DNA of 63,135 bases, filler included, from Conidiobolus incongruus B7586 (GCA_000697335.1; 18 parts of 18 records of this genome joined end to end with filler, not necessarily neighbours in it), one strand, 5' to 3'. Positions 24,690 through 39,256 are shown, counted from the first letter of the whole stretch. Program-made: numbers and translations. The notes: generated from the sequence alone by a model not told the origin.

Positions 24690-26190
24690 ATATATTTTTT
24701 ATTTATAATATAATATATAAAGTTAAATTTAATTAATTATTAATTGATATTATAAAGCTAAAAGTATACTTAAGATAAGTTATAAATTTGTAGGTTTTAG
24801 TATTGATAGAAAAATTAATATCTAATATAACCACCTTTTGTTTTTCTAACTTTTTTAAATTTATGGGGTATAGAGTCAACTAGCTTCTTATATTAAGTAG
24901 GACTAATATTATTCTAAGCTTTTTAAATCTACTCCTAAAGTTAATTCAAATTTTTTATTAGGGGAAAGATTTAATTAATTTTTTTAGTTAATTCTAAAGA
25001 TATTTAATTAGGTTAAGATTAAGAAATTAAGGAGGTTATATTATAGTAATTATTTTGTTATTTTTAAACCATTTGATAGTAGAATTTATAGTATAACAAG
25101 GAGTATTATTTTGTTGGAAAATAATATTTGATTTATTTAATCTTTACCTCTTAATATTTTTTTTCAATTCATTGTTTAAAATACTTTAGTATATTTTAGA
25201 ATTAATTTCCCTATTAACCTTACAAAAATACCTTATACTTGAAGATAATATATATCTTTAAATTATAATTAACCCACTATTATATCTTTAGGTTATAATA
25301 ACATAATAGTTATAAAATGGTTCTTTATTTTTTTCAAAATATCTAGCTTTTTTATTATATCTATTAAAATATATCTTTGTTTTATTAAGCTAAATAATTT
25401 TATTTTAGTTAGTTTTAGTTTAACTTTAGTATTAACATTTAAACTCTTACCTAGCTTTATAATAAGAATTTTTTAGCTAGGGGTGTTTTTTCCTAAAATA
25501 TAAGTGGTATTTATTCTAATATAAAGTTTATATAATAATATCAATACTAACTAATATTCCCATATAGTTTTATAATTCTTGTAGCACTTTTATAATAATA
25601 TTACACTTATCTATACTAACTAATCTAAAAACATACTTTTTATCATATTTATCTATAATTTTAGTATATTTAAATTTTAGTTTAGGTGTTTTTTTAGTAT
25701 TATTCTTAATAACCCTAGCTATAATAGATTAACTAGCACTAATAATTCTAATAATCTCATAAGTTGGTTTATTTTTATTATGAAGTTTATTAATATATAA
25801 GTGAACTTTTTTAAAAAGAGATTTAAGTATTATAATATTAATTTTAGAATATTAGTTTAATAATTTTATAATATATATAATATAATAAAAGAAAAAAAAG
25901 ATATATATAAGTTTTGTTATTTATACCCCTTTAATATATAAACCTATAAATTTATAACTCAGTTTGGTTAATTTTTAGATTTCAATATATTAACCACTAG
26001 TTAATAAAATATAATCAAATATAGTTAGCTATAATCAACTAATATAGGTAAATTATATATTTTAATTTAAATTTATATAATTAAGAATTATTTAAGATAT
26101 AGGTAAATATATAAGTAATTTTGATTTTATAACTTACTTTTATAAGTTAATATATATTATATTTTATGTTACCCTATTATATTTTACATT
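24690..26190 (-). mobile_element. Inactivated Tc1-like (D34E) transposon
   Basis: Minus strand near 25130-24990 reads IIFQQNNTPCYTINSTIKWFKNNKIITII*PP*FLNLNLIKYL*, i.e. FQQDNAPCH...WPPQSPDLNPIEHLW with D34E spacing. Boundaries approximate. Confidence 0.85.
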
Positions 26191-28029
26191 ATANNNNNNN
26201 NNNNNNNNNNNNNNNNNNNNNNNNNNNNNNNNNNNNNTTAATTAATTAANNNNNNNNNNNNNNNNNNNNNNNNNNNNNNNNNNNNNNNNNNNNTATAATA
26301 AAATTTAATACTATAAATTATTTTTTTTAAAAATGATTTTATAATAAATTTAATATTATTTTTGAAATCAAGCTTTTTTAACCAGTATTTTTAATATTAT
26401 CTAGAAATATTTTTTATTTTATATAATAATTATAAAATATATAAATTTAAAATTAGATAATTTTTTTCAAAATATTAATAAAATTATATCCAATATATAT
26501 CAAATTATAACTTTTATAACTATTATTAGTTTAAATAAACGAAAATATATATTTGCAAAAATAAAAAGATTTTATAAATGAATTCAATTAGTTTAAAAAT
26601 CATTATATTTTAGTTTTTATTAAAAAAATTATTATTAGGAAAGATTGTAAAAAATATTTAAAATGTTATATTAATTTACAACTTTAATTTTATAGCTTAT
26701 ATTCATTTATGTATATTACATATTAAATATTATTTTATTTAAATTGAATTTGATATATATTTTCTTATTAAAAACTTAGAGTGATATTTAAATAATCTTA
26801 AAATCAAATCTTTACAAATTTACATTTATTTAAAAATAATTATCTCACAAATTGGAAACTGGTACATAAATGACTTACTAAACTATATTATCTCTATAAT
26901 CTTAAATTTTCTGAAATTTTTTATTTGTGCTTTTATTTTGAAGTTAAAGTAAGATTTAATAGTATGTAGATATAGGTAATATAGTGTTTATACATTTTAT
27001 ACCCAATAAATCTAATAATACCGGATATAAAATCAATTATAAAGTACAAAACTTAGTTACAAAGATTTCTAAATTAATTACATTTTTGTAAATAAATGAA
27101 AATGTTAGGCCAACTATTCTGAGTGAGAATGACTCTTGACTAGGAATTTGGAAGTTAAGATATTTTAGAGAGTGACGAGGGGCAGAAACATTTAAACATG
27201 AAGACCACTGAAGATGGGGTATAGAGGTTGGGTTATAACTGGGAAATCTGTTGAACATCATTATTTCAACCTCATTATTTTACAGCGATTTGTGTTAATT
27301 AAGAGTGAAACTAAGAGAAGGTATTATGCTTTAAAATTAAAAATAGAATACAATAACTGTTATGTTAATCGAAAACTATTTATACACCAATAAACTCAAA
27401 TTAAGTCACTGATATTGAATATCAAATTGAATTGGAGTTCTTAATGATCTAATGTTTGACCTGTTCATCTTAATATTTTCTCCCTAGTGTTGAAATTGAG
27501 TTTCTTAGAATTTAGTTTAAAAATTGCCCTATATCAAAAAGTTCTTGACCAATTATCATTTAATATAAAATTAAGTTTAATATTTATAAATATTTATTAA
27601 TATATTGATATAATTAATACAAGAATAATTAATTCGTTTTTAAAGATCTTATAATGATAAATAATTATTAATGCACATCATAATAAGGCTATACTGATTA
27701 TATTAAGGTTAACAAGTTTTAAATGATATACTATATATTAATCCTTTTTAGAAATTAAATTTCATTTTTAATTTTATAATGGTAAATGATGCAATACTTA
27801 TGAATTTAAAATTGGGTTTAATTTTATACAATATTCAATAAATTATAATTGATAATGATAATATCATTTATAAGTATTAACAATTGATTAATAAACTAAG
27901 AATCAAGAATTTATTAAACTTGAATCATAATTATAATATTTAAACTTTTTTACCAAATCATTTATCAAATTTCGGTATATAAATATCTGTAAGTAATTAA
28001 ATTTTGGTTAATTCTTTGATTCTAAAATT

Positions 28030-28923
28030 ATGAAGTGTTGCATTTGCTTAGAGTGCTTATTCTGTAAATATGATAATGTTGATAAAGTAGCATGTGTTAC
28101 TAGATGTATATTCCTATTGCTTTATAATGTTATAATAATATTATTAATTATTTAATTATATTTTAGGTGGTCATTTATTTCATAAAGAATGGTAAACTAT
28201 ATTATTTAATTAGTTGGGATTTCATATTTTAATATAAACTTTATTTATTTAGTATTTCTGAATTTTTTAATCAAACCAGCGCTCTCTATACTACCGAATG
28301 CCCTCTTTGCCGATTAAGAATAAAACGGAATGAAGTAGTTGCACTCTGTGGAGATATTCGATGTGATTGTGATTTTAAACCTGTTATTGATGTAAACCAT
28401 TTGATAAACTTGAAAGGTAATGAAAATGATATTAATCATAAGGTAAAAGTATATAATATACCTTTTTTCAATCTAATAATAACTATTAATATAGGTTCAA
28501 TTATTAATAGATATTTTAAGAGGTGTTGGAGCTCAAAATCATAGTGCCATGGATCAATTATTCCAAATAATTATATCAACCTTATCTGAAATTAATATTG
28601 AATTAACTAATGATAAAGCTCAAATCCATATCCTAGAAAATGAATTATTGGAAAATTATTCAGTAATGAATTCTAAAAATTTCCTCATCTCGAACAAAAA
28701 ATTGAACAAGTTAACCAAAAAGTTTGGGGAGTTGGGCATTAGTATAAAAACCAGCGAGACCGCGCAAAAGAATTTGGAACTTGTAGGAAAATTAGAGGAT
28801 ATGGAAATTGAATTGGCTAGATATAAATCTTTTTTCCATCATTTGAATTCTTGTATGGATCAGTTTAATGATGATATTGGATCACTAACTAGAGACTGTT
28901 CGAGATTAAGTTTAGGAGACTAG
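28030..28923 (+). CDS. N-terminal RING-H2 E3 ligase with coiled-coil tail (TRAIP-like layout), 4 exons, about 239 aa
   Basis: Exons 28030-28105, 28167-28191, 28253-28442 and 28495-28923 give MKCCICLE...VACVTRCGHLFHKECISEFF...ECPLCR followed by a heptad-rich helical region. Confidence 0.85.
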
Positions 28924-29449
28924 AAAATGCTAGTTAAAATAAAGGTAAATAGACAAATTTGAAATCTGTTAAATTATTTAATAATCATATTTTGAGGAGC
29001 TGATATGTATATTGAAATATTAAATATAGATCAATGCATATCTATTAAGTTGATGTTTAGATATGTATTAATACACGTTTACTTGTTTTATTACCAGCAT
29101 ATCATATCACCATAGTTAAAGTATTATTACTAATGGATTACATCATTACTAATATTTTTTAGATCTTTTAGTAGCATTAATCTAAATAATATATCTTGTG
29201 AAATATTATGCTCTTTAATATTTAAAATATTATATCATTATTTGTTTTATTGTTTTTTATTTAGCTAACATCATTTGTAATTTACGAAAATGAATTTCTT
29301 TTATTAACCTAAAATATTATTTAAAATTAAGGATTTGAATGTTTTCTGAAATATTTTGAATTTTAATCTAATATATTTATACACATAATAAATAGGTCTA
29401 AATGATTACAAAAGGTATATTATTGTTAAATACTTTTTAATTATAATAA

Positions 29450-30710
29450 TTTAGAAATTTGAGTTGTAAAAGAAATGGAAAATATTTTAATTTCTGATTT
29501 TTTAAATATATTGTTAATTTTAAAGAATAAATAGTATACAAGATATATAAAAGAATTAATATTTTTATACAATATATATAAACTATTTATTTATCAAAAT
29601 ATTGTCATTTAAAACTTCAAAGTTGAATTTACTTCTATTTACATTAAATAATAATTTTCATAAGTTTTTTATTTCAATATTTTTGAAACTTAATAACAAA
29701 CCCTTTATAATTATTTAAGGTTTGTAAAAAACCAATAATAATTATATTTTATTTATAAACGCCATTTATTATTAAATTTCATATTTCACAACTAAAACAG
29801 TTATTATTAAAAATTTACTTAAATTTAATAAATTGATTCTTATTATTATTATTTTAATAATAAAATAATTAATATATAAAAAATATTTATTTAGTTAAAC
29901 AATTATTAAGATGATTTAAAAATTATATAAGTATATTATGTTAAATTTTAAACTTGATTTGATTAATAAAAATATTAATCATATACCATATCATTAACTA
30001 AAAACTTAGAAAACAAACTAGAGTACTTATCTACATATAAAACATAATGAAAATATAACTAAATAAAAAAGTACTATACCAAATTATTATAATTAATATA
30101 TTTTAAATTCTTTTATATAATCTATTATTTAAAACCAAATTAGATAATTAAGTTAAAATAACCTTATAATTTTAAATAAATATTTTATATTTTAATTAAA
30201 TAATAATATTTATAATAAATTATATTAGTTTATAATATTCTTATTAAGTATTTAAAAATTATTTAATTAATATTAAGTTTTATATTTTTTAAATAGAACT
30301 ATTTTTATTTAATATTCTTATTATATATTTAACATACTTATTATTTTACATGATAATTATGAAACATATAAAACTAAGATTTTTTTATATAAAAAATTAA
30401 AAATTATTAATATTTTTAATATAATTATTAAATTGTAATTTATGTAATTATAATTGTTTTAAGTAATTAATAAAATATACAAGAAAATAAATTCCTATAA
30501 ACAAATTTAATTTGGTTATAAAATATCAAATTTTAGTCTTTAATAAAAAGAATTAATTATTAGATAATAGAAGTTGATTAAAAATAAAACATTATTAATA
30601 ATAAAAAAGAGAGTTAATTTTTTATCATTTATTAGTTTTAGAAAATCATACATCAAATATTACATTTAATTTTGATTTAAAAGTTGGAAATTATTTAATT
30701 TCTTGAGTAA
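29450..30710 (+). mobile_element. Older, heavily degraded full-length mariner copy
   Basis: Colinear with 60561-61822 along its length, with TIR-like sequence at both ends (about 29455-29491 and 30676-30710). Confidence 0.65.
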
Positions 30711-30911
30711 TATAAGCAAATGAAAATATGTAGAAAATGAAGAAAATATCATAAGGCTTATTTTATGAATTTGATGAGATTTATTACAAGATAAAAAAGT
30801 TTACCTTATTCATATAGCTATCAGTTAGTTAATTTGAAATCATTAAAATTGATCAAATCTGTTCATTTATTAAATGTGGCGAGATTACAAAAGCAGTCTT
30901 GTGAAGGTAAT

Positions 30912-31792
30912 TTAACGATGCTTCAGCTTCAAGTATTCATCATATGTTAAGGTATATTTTTCAGATTGATATGTAACAACTTTGATACTCTCCAAGAATT
31001 CGTCCGTAACTTCGCTCCTATACCCACCTTTTTGTAATAAATGAAGGATAGTTGTCTCTTGATCCCAACCTATATTCAATTTAATAAGACATTAAGCAGA
31101 ATAATATAAAATAAATTTTATACCTTGCTCCTCTATAATTCAAATAAAAAGATAAATCAAATAAAAATTAATAAAAATACAAATATATTTAAATGATTTA
31201 ATTACTTGCAATTTCTGGTAAATATGTGGCAGTTTTGGTTCTACCATATTCATTCTTAAATTCAATTCTGATACCATGTTTACCAACCTATTTGATTATT
31301 TAATATCAACTATGATTACACTCAATTATACTTAAATACCTCCCAATCAAGATAATTTTTAGCTTGTTGAAAATTAATTAATAAAGAAACACTGATATAC
31401 AAAATAAATTAAAAATAAATACTTAAAATGGAGTTGATTTGATCACCTGCAAGATAAATCAGGAACTTCGTCCAAAGTAATTGGAGAAAAGCGAGAATCT
31501 TGAAAAGCACTTTTTAGGATCAAGTTAATAAAATTTAGCAGTCTCAAATTGTAAAAAATAACAAATACCTAATCAAAGCATAGTCCTTCAAACCTTCGAC
31601 AAGGTCCATATCTCCAAAGTTACCGATACAACCTCTTAAGTGAGATTCCCCATTTCTAAAAATATTCCAAGTAACAAAAAGAGGAAATTGATTACTGTCA
31701 AATTCATTTTTAATAATTTGTCTATTATTTTCCAAACTATTAATTAAATGATCAAAACAATATTTACAATGATATTTGGAAACTACTGCCAT
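30912..31792 (-). CDS. AMMECR1: AMMECR1-family protein, 6 exons, about 195 aa
   Basis: Exons 31792-31569, 31509-31447, 31391-31340, 31287-31206, 31132-31124 and 31069-30912. Motifs PLFVTW, LRGCIG, AFQDSRFSPI, DWEVGKHGI and ATYLPEIAKEQGW. Confidence 0.93.
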
Positions 31793-31959
31793 GTTAATTA
31801 AAATGTAATTAGATTAAAACTTTATAATTTTTTTTAAAATAATTTGATTTTAATTGCTCAAAGTTAGAAAATAAAGCTTTTTTGAATTGCTTTATAATCA
31901 TTTTTAAATTATGGTTCGATGGAGTTTATTCAATTAATTAATTAGAATTTATGGAGAAA

Positions 31960-33150
31960 TGATTTAATTTTACTAGGTCCAGACCCTATTTTAATAATTA
32001 TTTAATTGATTTTTAATAGATAATTTCAGGTATTTAAAATATATTTTGGAAAAAAGATTTCTAATTAATCTATATCTTAATGATACTTAAAACTTCCACC
32101 ACTAATAACTCAAATTTTTATCAGGCTATTATCAATGAAAAAGATATTTACTAAAAGAAATGAAACTCATTGATATTACATTATTAATATGAAGAATTGA
32201 TAAATAGCTATTTAACTGATATTATCACTAATTAACATTTATCATAATACATGATTATTATATCAATCAAATTATATATATATATATATATATATAATTA
32301 AATTATTATTACAATCATATTAGCATTTACTGGTTTCAAAAAGGCATATGGTATACCTATTAGAAATATAAATTCAACAATAATACTATGATTTGACAAA
32401 AATATATTATCAATAAATAACCAAATATTCTGTATTAAGGTATATGGAAGATTATCTGTTCATTAAGACAAATGTCAACGCGCTTATTAATTATTATAAT
32501 TTTAATAATTTAAATTTTTCATATTAAATTTTACAATCACAAAATAATATGTTTAAATAATTTTAATAGTATATTTTTTATTATATAAATTATCTAATTA
32601 TGTAATTATATATATATATATATTCTCTTTTTTTAACTAATGTAATTCATTTCAATCCATTTAAATTTTTATTTAATTCAAACTAACCTTATCTCATTTA
32701 TTGAAATTTAAAGTTTATAAAATTTGAGTAGAGTTTATAATAAATTATATTAAGAGAGCTATTTTTTTAAATTATATAAAAGTAGATTTATAGTTATTAA
32801 CATTTCAATTTTAGTTATGATAAAATCATCATACATTTATATGGCGAGATATCAGTTTATGGTTGAAATTACAATTGATGTTTAGAAATAATAATATAGA
32901 AACGTGCGGTGTATTTAAGTATGGTTTGCAGGGATTCAAAATTCAAAGCACTTAATAATTAGGTATATAGGTTAAAATAACTTAGTTATAACGTTAGTGG
33001 TGTGATGAAAACTGGTGAGTATAATGAGTTTAAACACAAATAAAGATGTAACCCCATAAGGAAGAAATATTGGTGCATATTTGATTGGTGAAATAATTTG
33101 TATATTACCAATATATTAAACAAAAAAATTTTTGGGACACGGTGAATTTA
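31960..33150 (+). mobile_element. Possible LINE reverse-transcriptase relic
   Basis: Scattered, correctly ordered motif remnants: LGPDPI (PGPDGI), LAFTGFKKAY (FIDFxKAYD) and NIETCGV (NxxKCGV). Highly degenerate. Confidence 0.4.
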
Positions 33151-34665
33151 TTTCAAATAACTAACAAAAGGGTTATCAATTTAAAAGTCTATCCAAGATA
33201 AGTATATTTTAACAATGAATAAATAGTATATATTTATACCGAAAAACTTTAACTTGAATTAAATTGCTTTAATTTCAAAATAATAATTTTTTAGTTAAAT
33301 GAAATGCTTAAAATTATCAAAAAGAAATCTAGAGAAGAATACAAGCTAAAAGGATTCATAAATATTTATGGTTGATTTCAACGTTTAAGGTTTTTTAATT
33401 TTAAAATTATTATTAAATTTCATTTTATTACAAATCAAGTTATTCATATATTTAATTTATACTCAAATAAATTCTATTCAAACTATTATTATCTATGCCA
33501 ATTTTCACTAAATATCCTTTTATTCTCTTTATATTAACTAGTAATGCAAAGTAATATTATAGAATTTAGGTTGACTATATTAAAACCTCCTATAATTAAA
33601 TAATGCTTTGTATATATTGCTTATTTAGTTGACTTTCATTATTTTTCAATTATATACAGCAAATCAAGTTTTTTAAAAGAGGAATTTCTTCAACTAGTTA
33701 ATCTAATTTATATCAAAATTAATGGTAGATCAAAAAGATCTATAAAGATCGATCGATTCTTCAAATATTATATTTAATTTAAACTTTAATTCAGACATTT
33801 TATATAAATTCGAATCAAAGGAATATTAATAATTAATAAAATATGATAAATAAGTTTAAATCTTATTTAATCATTGGTTTGATTAATAACCCTTAACAAT
33901 TAATTTGATTCGAAGTTAATCATAAATATATTTATCTTGTATGTATCATATAAATTAGGTTAATATAGCTACCATAAAAATATATGATTGACATTAGTTA
34001 ACTAATAAACTTAAAATGAATATCTAATATCATATGAATGCAAAATTATTTGATTTGATGATTTTAATAAATGATTATATAATCAAGATTTGACTAATTT
34101 TCAGTTTTTAATTCAAACACAAATAAGACAACCATCATTTTATTCCCCTGATATCATAGTGAATGATCTATTCTATTTGATTGGCTAATATTTTTAAAAT
34201 CCTTCTCTTTTTAAGGGTTATTGAGTTTAAAAAAATTATTTCTATAATTATAATTTTAAACTCCGACTGTTGAAATACTACATATAATAGGTATATAGTG
34301 CCTTGGCTTGAATGTAAAGTAATTATTTTGTTCATCTTTGTACTTCAAGGTATCCATTCACTTTTTACTTCCTCCCAAAAGTGATATTATATATCTTATG
34401 CTTTCTTTTCATATTAAATATCTCTATATTTCGAAGTCTTGATATTTTTTTGATATATCGAACACTCGATTTATTGAATACCAAATATCATTATTCAAGA
34501 AATATAATTATATGATCCTTTGATTTAGAATTTATTAACACACTTTGACTAACTCTATCAATATATTCTATTATAACTTATATTCGATATCATTAAGAAT
34601 ATTTATTATGAGCTATCATTAAACTTTAATTAATTTTATTTATAAAAATAGTTCAATCAAGCAAC

Positions 34666-35905
34666 ATGAATGCACACCAGATTGACCCAATTTCCCATGA
34701 TTCTCTTATCTATCCAGAGATGTTATCAAGCTTAACTAATAGTGATGCTTCTGTCACTACCCCTGTGTACTTTCCTTACCTTTGTGATGGGAAATTTGAA
34801 GCAAATACCATTTCAAGTAACACTTTAAAATATGATAATATTCAGGTATATACATAATTGAGTATAATTGCAATATTTCTAATAATGTTATACATAGAAC
34901 TTTATAACCACCATTGATTGTACCCAACTAACTTCACCTATCTTGGAGCAGTCCCATTTACCTAACGCTTTTAATCCCAATTATTCCAATATGATGCCTA
35001 AGCAAGAATACTTAATCAACCATATGAATACAATCAATCCTGCCAATCAGTTATTGGACCAATTTTCAACTGACGTTTATTCACCCCAATCAATTTATCA
35101 ACGTCATGAAAAAATGATTTCACCAATCTATAATCCAATTGATTATGAACTAAGGGTAAATTACCAAACTAAATTCAATAAACAAATAAATAGGGATCAT
35201 CATCAAATCTATAGCACTCCAAGGAACGAGTACAATAAAGTAATGTTTTAATATTTAATTATTGACTCCTATTAATCAGTTAATTTTATATAGATTCCAT
35301 CGCATACGCCAATTAAGATGTCTTATATTCCCATCATACCACACAATTCTAGCATTGACCAAAATTTCTTTATTTCACATGAACAGAATAATGGGGAAAG
35401 GCAGTATCCAATTTGTAGCTCTGATAATACTCAGTCTTTTCGAACTTTCCCTAGAGAACAACACCCATTCTCTTCAGGACTCGCATATACTGTTTATACC
35501 ATTCAAGAATCTTCTCACATTTTAAAAGAGACTAAAATAAAACTTCCTACCAAGGAGTACAAATGCGACAAATGTGAAAAAATCTTTCAGAGGAAGAGCT
35601 CTTACAAAGTGCACGCAATCCCCCACTCCGGGCTCAAGCCATATCAATGCACATATCCCGGATGTACCAAGAAATTCTCAGTATTATCCAACCAGCGGCG
35701 CCATCTTCGACTCCACCGCAAGAAACTGTTCGAACTACAAGAGCTTGCACGTCGTGATTTACTCCAAATTGACTTATTCAAACAATTCATGACCGGACAA
35801 AATATCGAATTTCTTGCAAACGATCCAAGTCTCCTTACTCCTAATTTCGAGCCAAATCCGCAGAATCATACCAGAATGATATCCTTTCATAATACAGAAT
35901 ATTGA
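34666..35905 (+). CDS. C2H2 zinc-finger transcription factor, 3 exons, about 377 aa
   Basis: Exons 34666-34845, 34898-35239 and 35294-35905 (52- and 54-nt introns). Two fingers YKCDKCEKIFQRKSSYKVHAIPH and YQCTYPGCTKKFSVLSNQRRHLRLH with an SGLKP linker. Confidence 0.88.
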
Positions 35906-38126
35906 AACAGTGGTGTTAGTATCAAACCTTCATCGAGTGATACGATCTTATTAAATCGGTATGGTTTGATAATACTGTCAATGAGATAAATTGAGTATTT
36001 TAAAACTAAAATTTTTTATGTAATTTAAAATAATTATCGAGTGGAATATAATGAAAGAAAATAAAAGTAATTAAGATTTACTTTATATATCTTTTACATT
36101 TATTCAATAAAATTAATAATAAAATAGCTTAAATATTATGTAATCTTAATGACAATGCTCGTTTTTATATGTTATTTTACATATGAATTTTCCATCATAA
36201 TCATATATATATAATTTATTCAAGGTATTATTACTCAAAAACAAATTTCTATTTGGTCTCCTATATCATTAAAATGAATGTTTAAAAATACTCTGAACGC
36301 CCATATTTTGTAAATCATTAAAAATTTTAAATTCAAACTATCAAGAGAAAGAATTTGTTATTTTATATAATATAATTAAATAATTTTGAAACTCTTAAAT
36401 AATGTAATCGTGAAATATTCTAAATTTTGACTCCGTTAATTTGTTATCATTTTCGGTCTATAATCATTAGATCAATAATTTTTAATTGTATTGATGTTAT
36501 ACATTGTATTATAGTATATTACATTTAATTATTATTTGAAATAAAAACAAACTGTGAATAAAGTTACTATATTTGAAAAGTTAAACAAAATAAGAGGAAT
36601 ATTGAATTTTTTTACAATTTAACTCACATAAGTAAAAATTCTAGCAAATTTGAATATAATAATATGAATATATTAAAATTTAAAAATTTGCAAATTAGTT
36701 ATTTGAAATATAAGGACTAAATTCAATGATTATTAATCAATTTGAAATTGATATTAAATTAATAAACAAATATATAATTATTACCTTCAAATTAAATTAT
36801 AATTATATCATCATATTATAAAGCATATTAAAATTCTTTTAATAATAAATAATAATACGTTAATTACAATATTCAAATTTCAAATATCACATTCTAATAA
36901 TTCAATTGATTTAAAATGATAATTTTTACAAAATCTAAATTCAATTTTCTTAACAAAAATAATGATTTGAAAAATTATTTTACACTGTATATATCAATAA
37001 ATCGTTAATAGATCCTTTCAATGAATATTTCATATGTATTTTGTCAGTTAATTTATCAGCATTAATAAATTATCACTTGATCAAAATATAAAATTATCAA
37101 CATATAGCATAAATTCGAATTATTAATATATATTTCAAATAATTTTTATTTACTTTGGCCTTGTCGATTAATTCATCCATGTATTTCATATAGATATCGA
37201 ATATAAAATACTATAATCTTTTCATGATCCTAGGGCTGGGCTCCCAAATCAAGTTAATCAAATACTTCAAATAATTTAACAGAATCATCAATTCATTCAA
37301 ATTCAATATAATCGATATCTAAAACACATAGCTCATTATTAACTATAATCTATAGTATAATATAATAGATTTGATTTCTTTGATATCACCATTAAAATTC
37401 AAATAGATAAAAAGGTCTATTGAATTTAGCTAAATACATACAAAATTCATTAATTTCTTCTAACGTATATTATAACTGAAGTAGTATATCTGCGTTCTGT
37501 AGACTTTAAAGTATTAGTTAATCATGAATATATTGATATAATCTAATATGTTACCATAATTGATATATTGAAGGAATATAATTATAGGAATTTTAAACTT
37601 TAAAGTCTTTTAAATATTTTTTTACTTTTATTTTTATAATAAAATTTGTAAATAAATTTTAATTTAGTCTTATTTGAACTAGAGTCTAAAATATAAATTC
37701 TAGTATTAATATATTAATATCCATACTAATATAAATAAATTACCCAATAAAAAATATCTAATTCTGTGATGCATAAAAACATGATAATATAGAATAAATT
37801 TAAGAGTTTATAGTTGTTGTAAATAGATGAATTTATTAAACTAATATTATTACTACAATGAATCTGATCATATAGTTAATAATCTCTGAGGAATTAGACT
37901 ATAGTTGAGCTAGTTTTTTATAATCAATGAATTCTAGATGAATCATAAATATAGTTTGCTTGCTAGTTCAAGTATTGTCATTATGTAATTTTAATTTAAT
38001 CAATATATATTAGTATTAATGATTAAGTTATTCTAAATATATATTATTAGAATTATCTTATTTAATTTGAATTATTTGAGATTAGATTTTTTTAATAAGA
38101 TCCTTATGTTTTATAATTAATTAATA

Positions 38127-38412
38127 TTACTATAGAATCAAAGAATTGGGAATTTTTTAATTTTTAATTTCTCAAACATATTATTAGTTTCATATAAAAA
38201 AATATATACAAAATAAATAAGAAAATAAATAGTTTTAAATTATATATATAATAACTTTTTTATTAAATAAAATTTTTTATAATTGGTTGTTTAATTTAAT
38301 TATATATAAATTAAATAGTAACTATCAAAAGTTTTTTATTATAATATTAATAAATCTTAACCATAAATTCTTTAAAGTTGTTTAAAACTTATAAGTAGTT
38401 TTTAGTAATAAA
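38127..38412 (+). mobile_element. Mariner 5' end fragment
   Basis: AAATCTTAACCATAAATTCTTTAAAGTTGTTTAAAACTTA matches the region at about 60781-60820 in copy C. Confidence 0.55.
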
Positions 38413-39223
38413 NNNNNNNNNNNNNNNNNNNNNNNNNNNNNNNNNNNNNNNNNNNNTTAATTAATTAANNNNNNNNNNNNNNNNNNNNNNNNNNNNNNNN
38501 NNNNNNNNNNNNTTTTGAATAATATAAATTTTTATTATTTTAAAAAATTTATTATTAAGACCAAAAATAATAGTATAATATTTAAAAATATTAATATAGT
38601 CTGATTTATATCAATATTATATTATAATCAATTTTTCATATTTGATTAAAATAATTATAATATAATATATTAAGAATAAATAATATTTTCAAATATTTAA
38701 ATAATATAATAAGAATAAATTGATTAATTAATTCATTCAAATGAAAAAAAAAGTTTAAATAAATCACTATAATATGCGATAGATTAAAAATTATATTTTG
38801 ATTTAATTTGATTAACTCTATCTATATTATAAAATTTAAATCAATTTCTAAATTAATTTTTGTATTAAATTTACTAATTTTGAATATTTTTACTATGATA
38901 ATTAAGCTAATAACTGATTTCATTCTTTTATATAATTTCAATAATTTTTTATAATTTAAATTGAATAATCTTATTTATTTGATCTTTTTTATAAATATTA
39001 CAATATTTGTTATGTATATGTATTAAAAAAGGAGTTATGTTCTTATTAATAGATAATACTTTGATTAGTTCCAACTAGTATTTTAGTTGCATTTTTCATA
39101 ATTTAAATATAATTATTTTTTTAATAATACAAAAATTCTCTCTTAGCTTGATATTATTTTTGGTATTATTTTTTAAAAATTAATTCTAATATAACCTTTT
39201 TTTGATGAGAAAGAATGACTTCC

Positions 39224-39256
<33 letters not shown>
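39224..39256 (+). repeat. (AAT)n microsatellite
   Basis: About 11 tandem AAT units. Confidence 0.9.

Noticed and set aside
27037..27261. 74-aa minus-strand ORF in a slightly GC-richer patch
   Set aside because: No recognisable motif or consistent splice model. I cannot support it, though it is not excluded.
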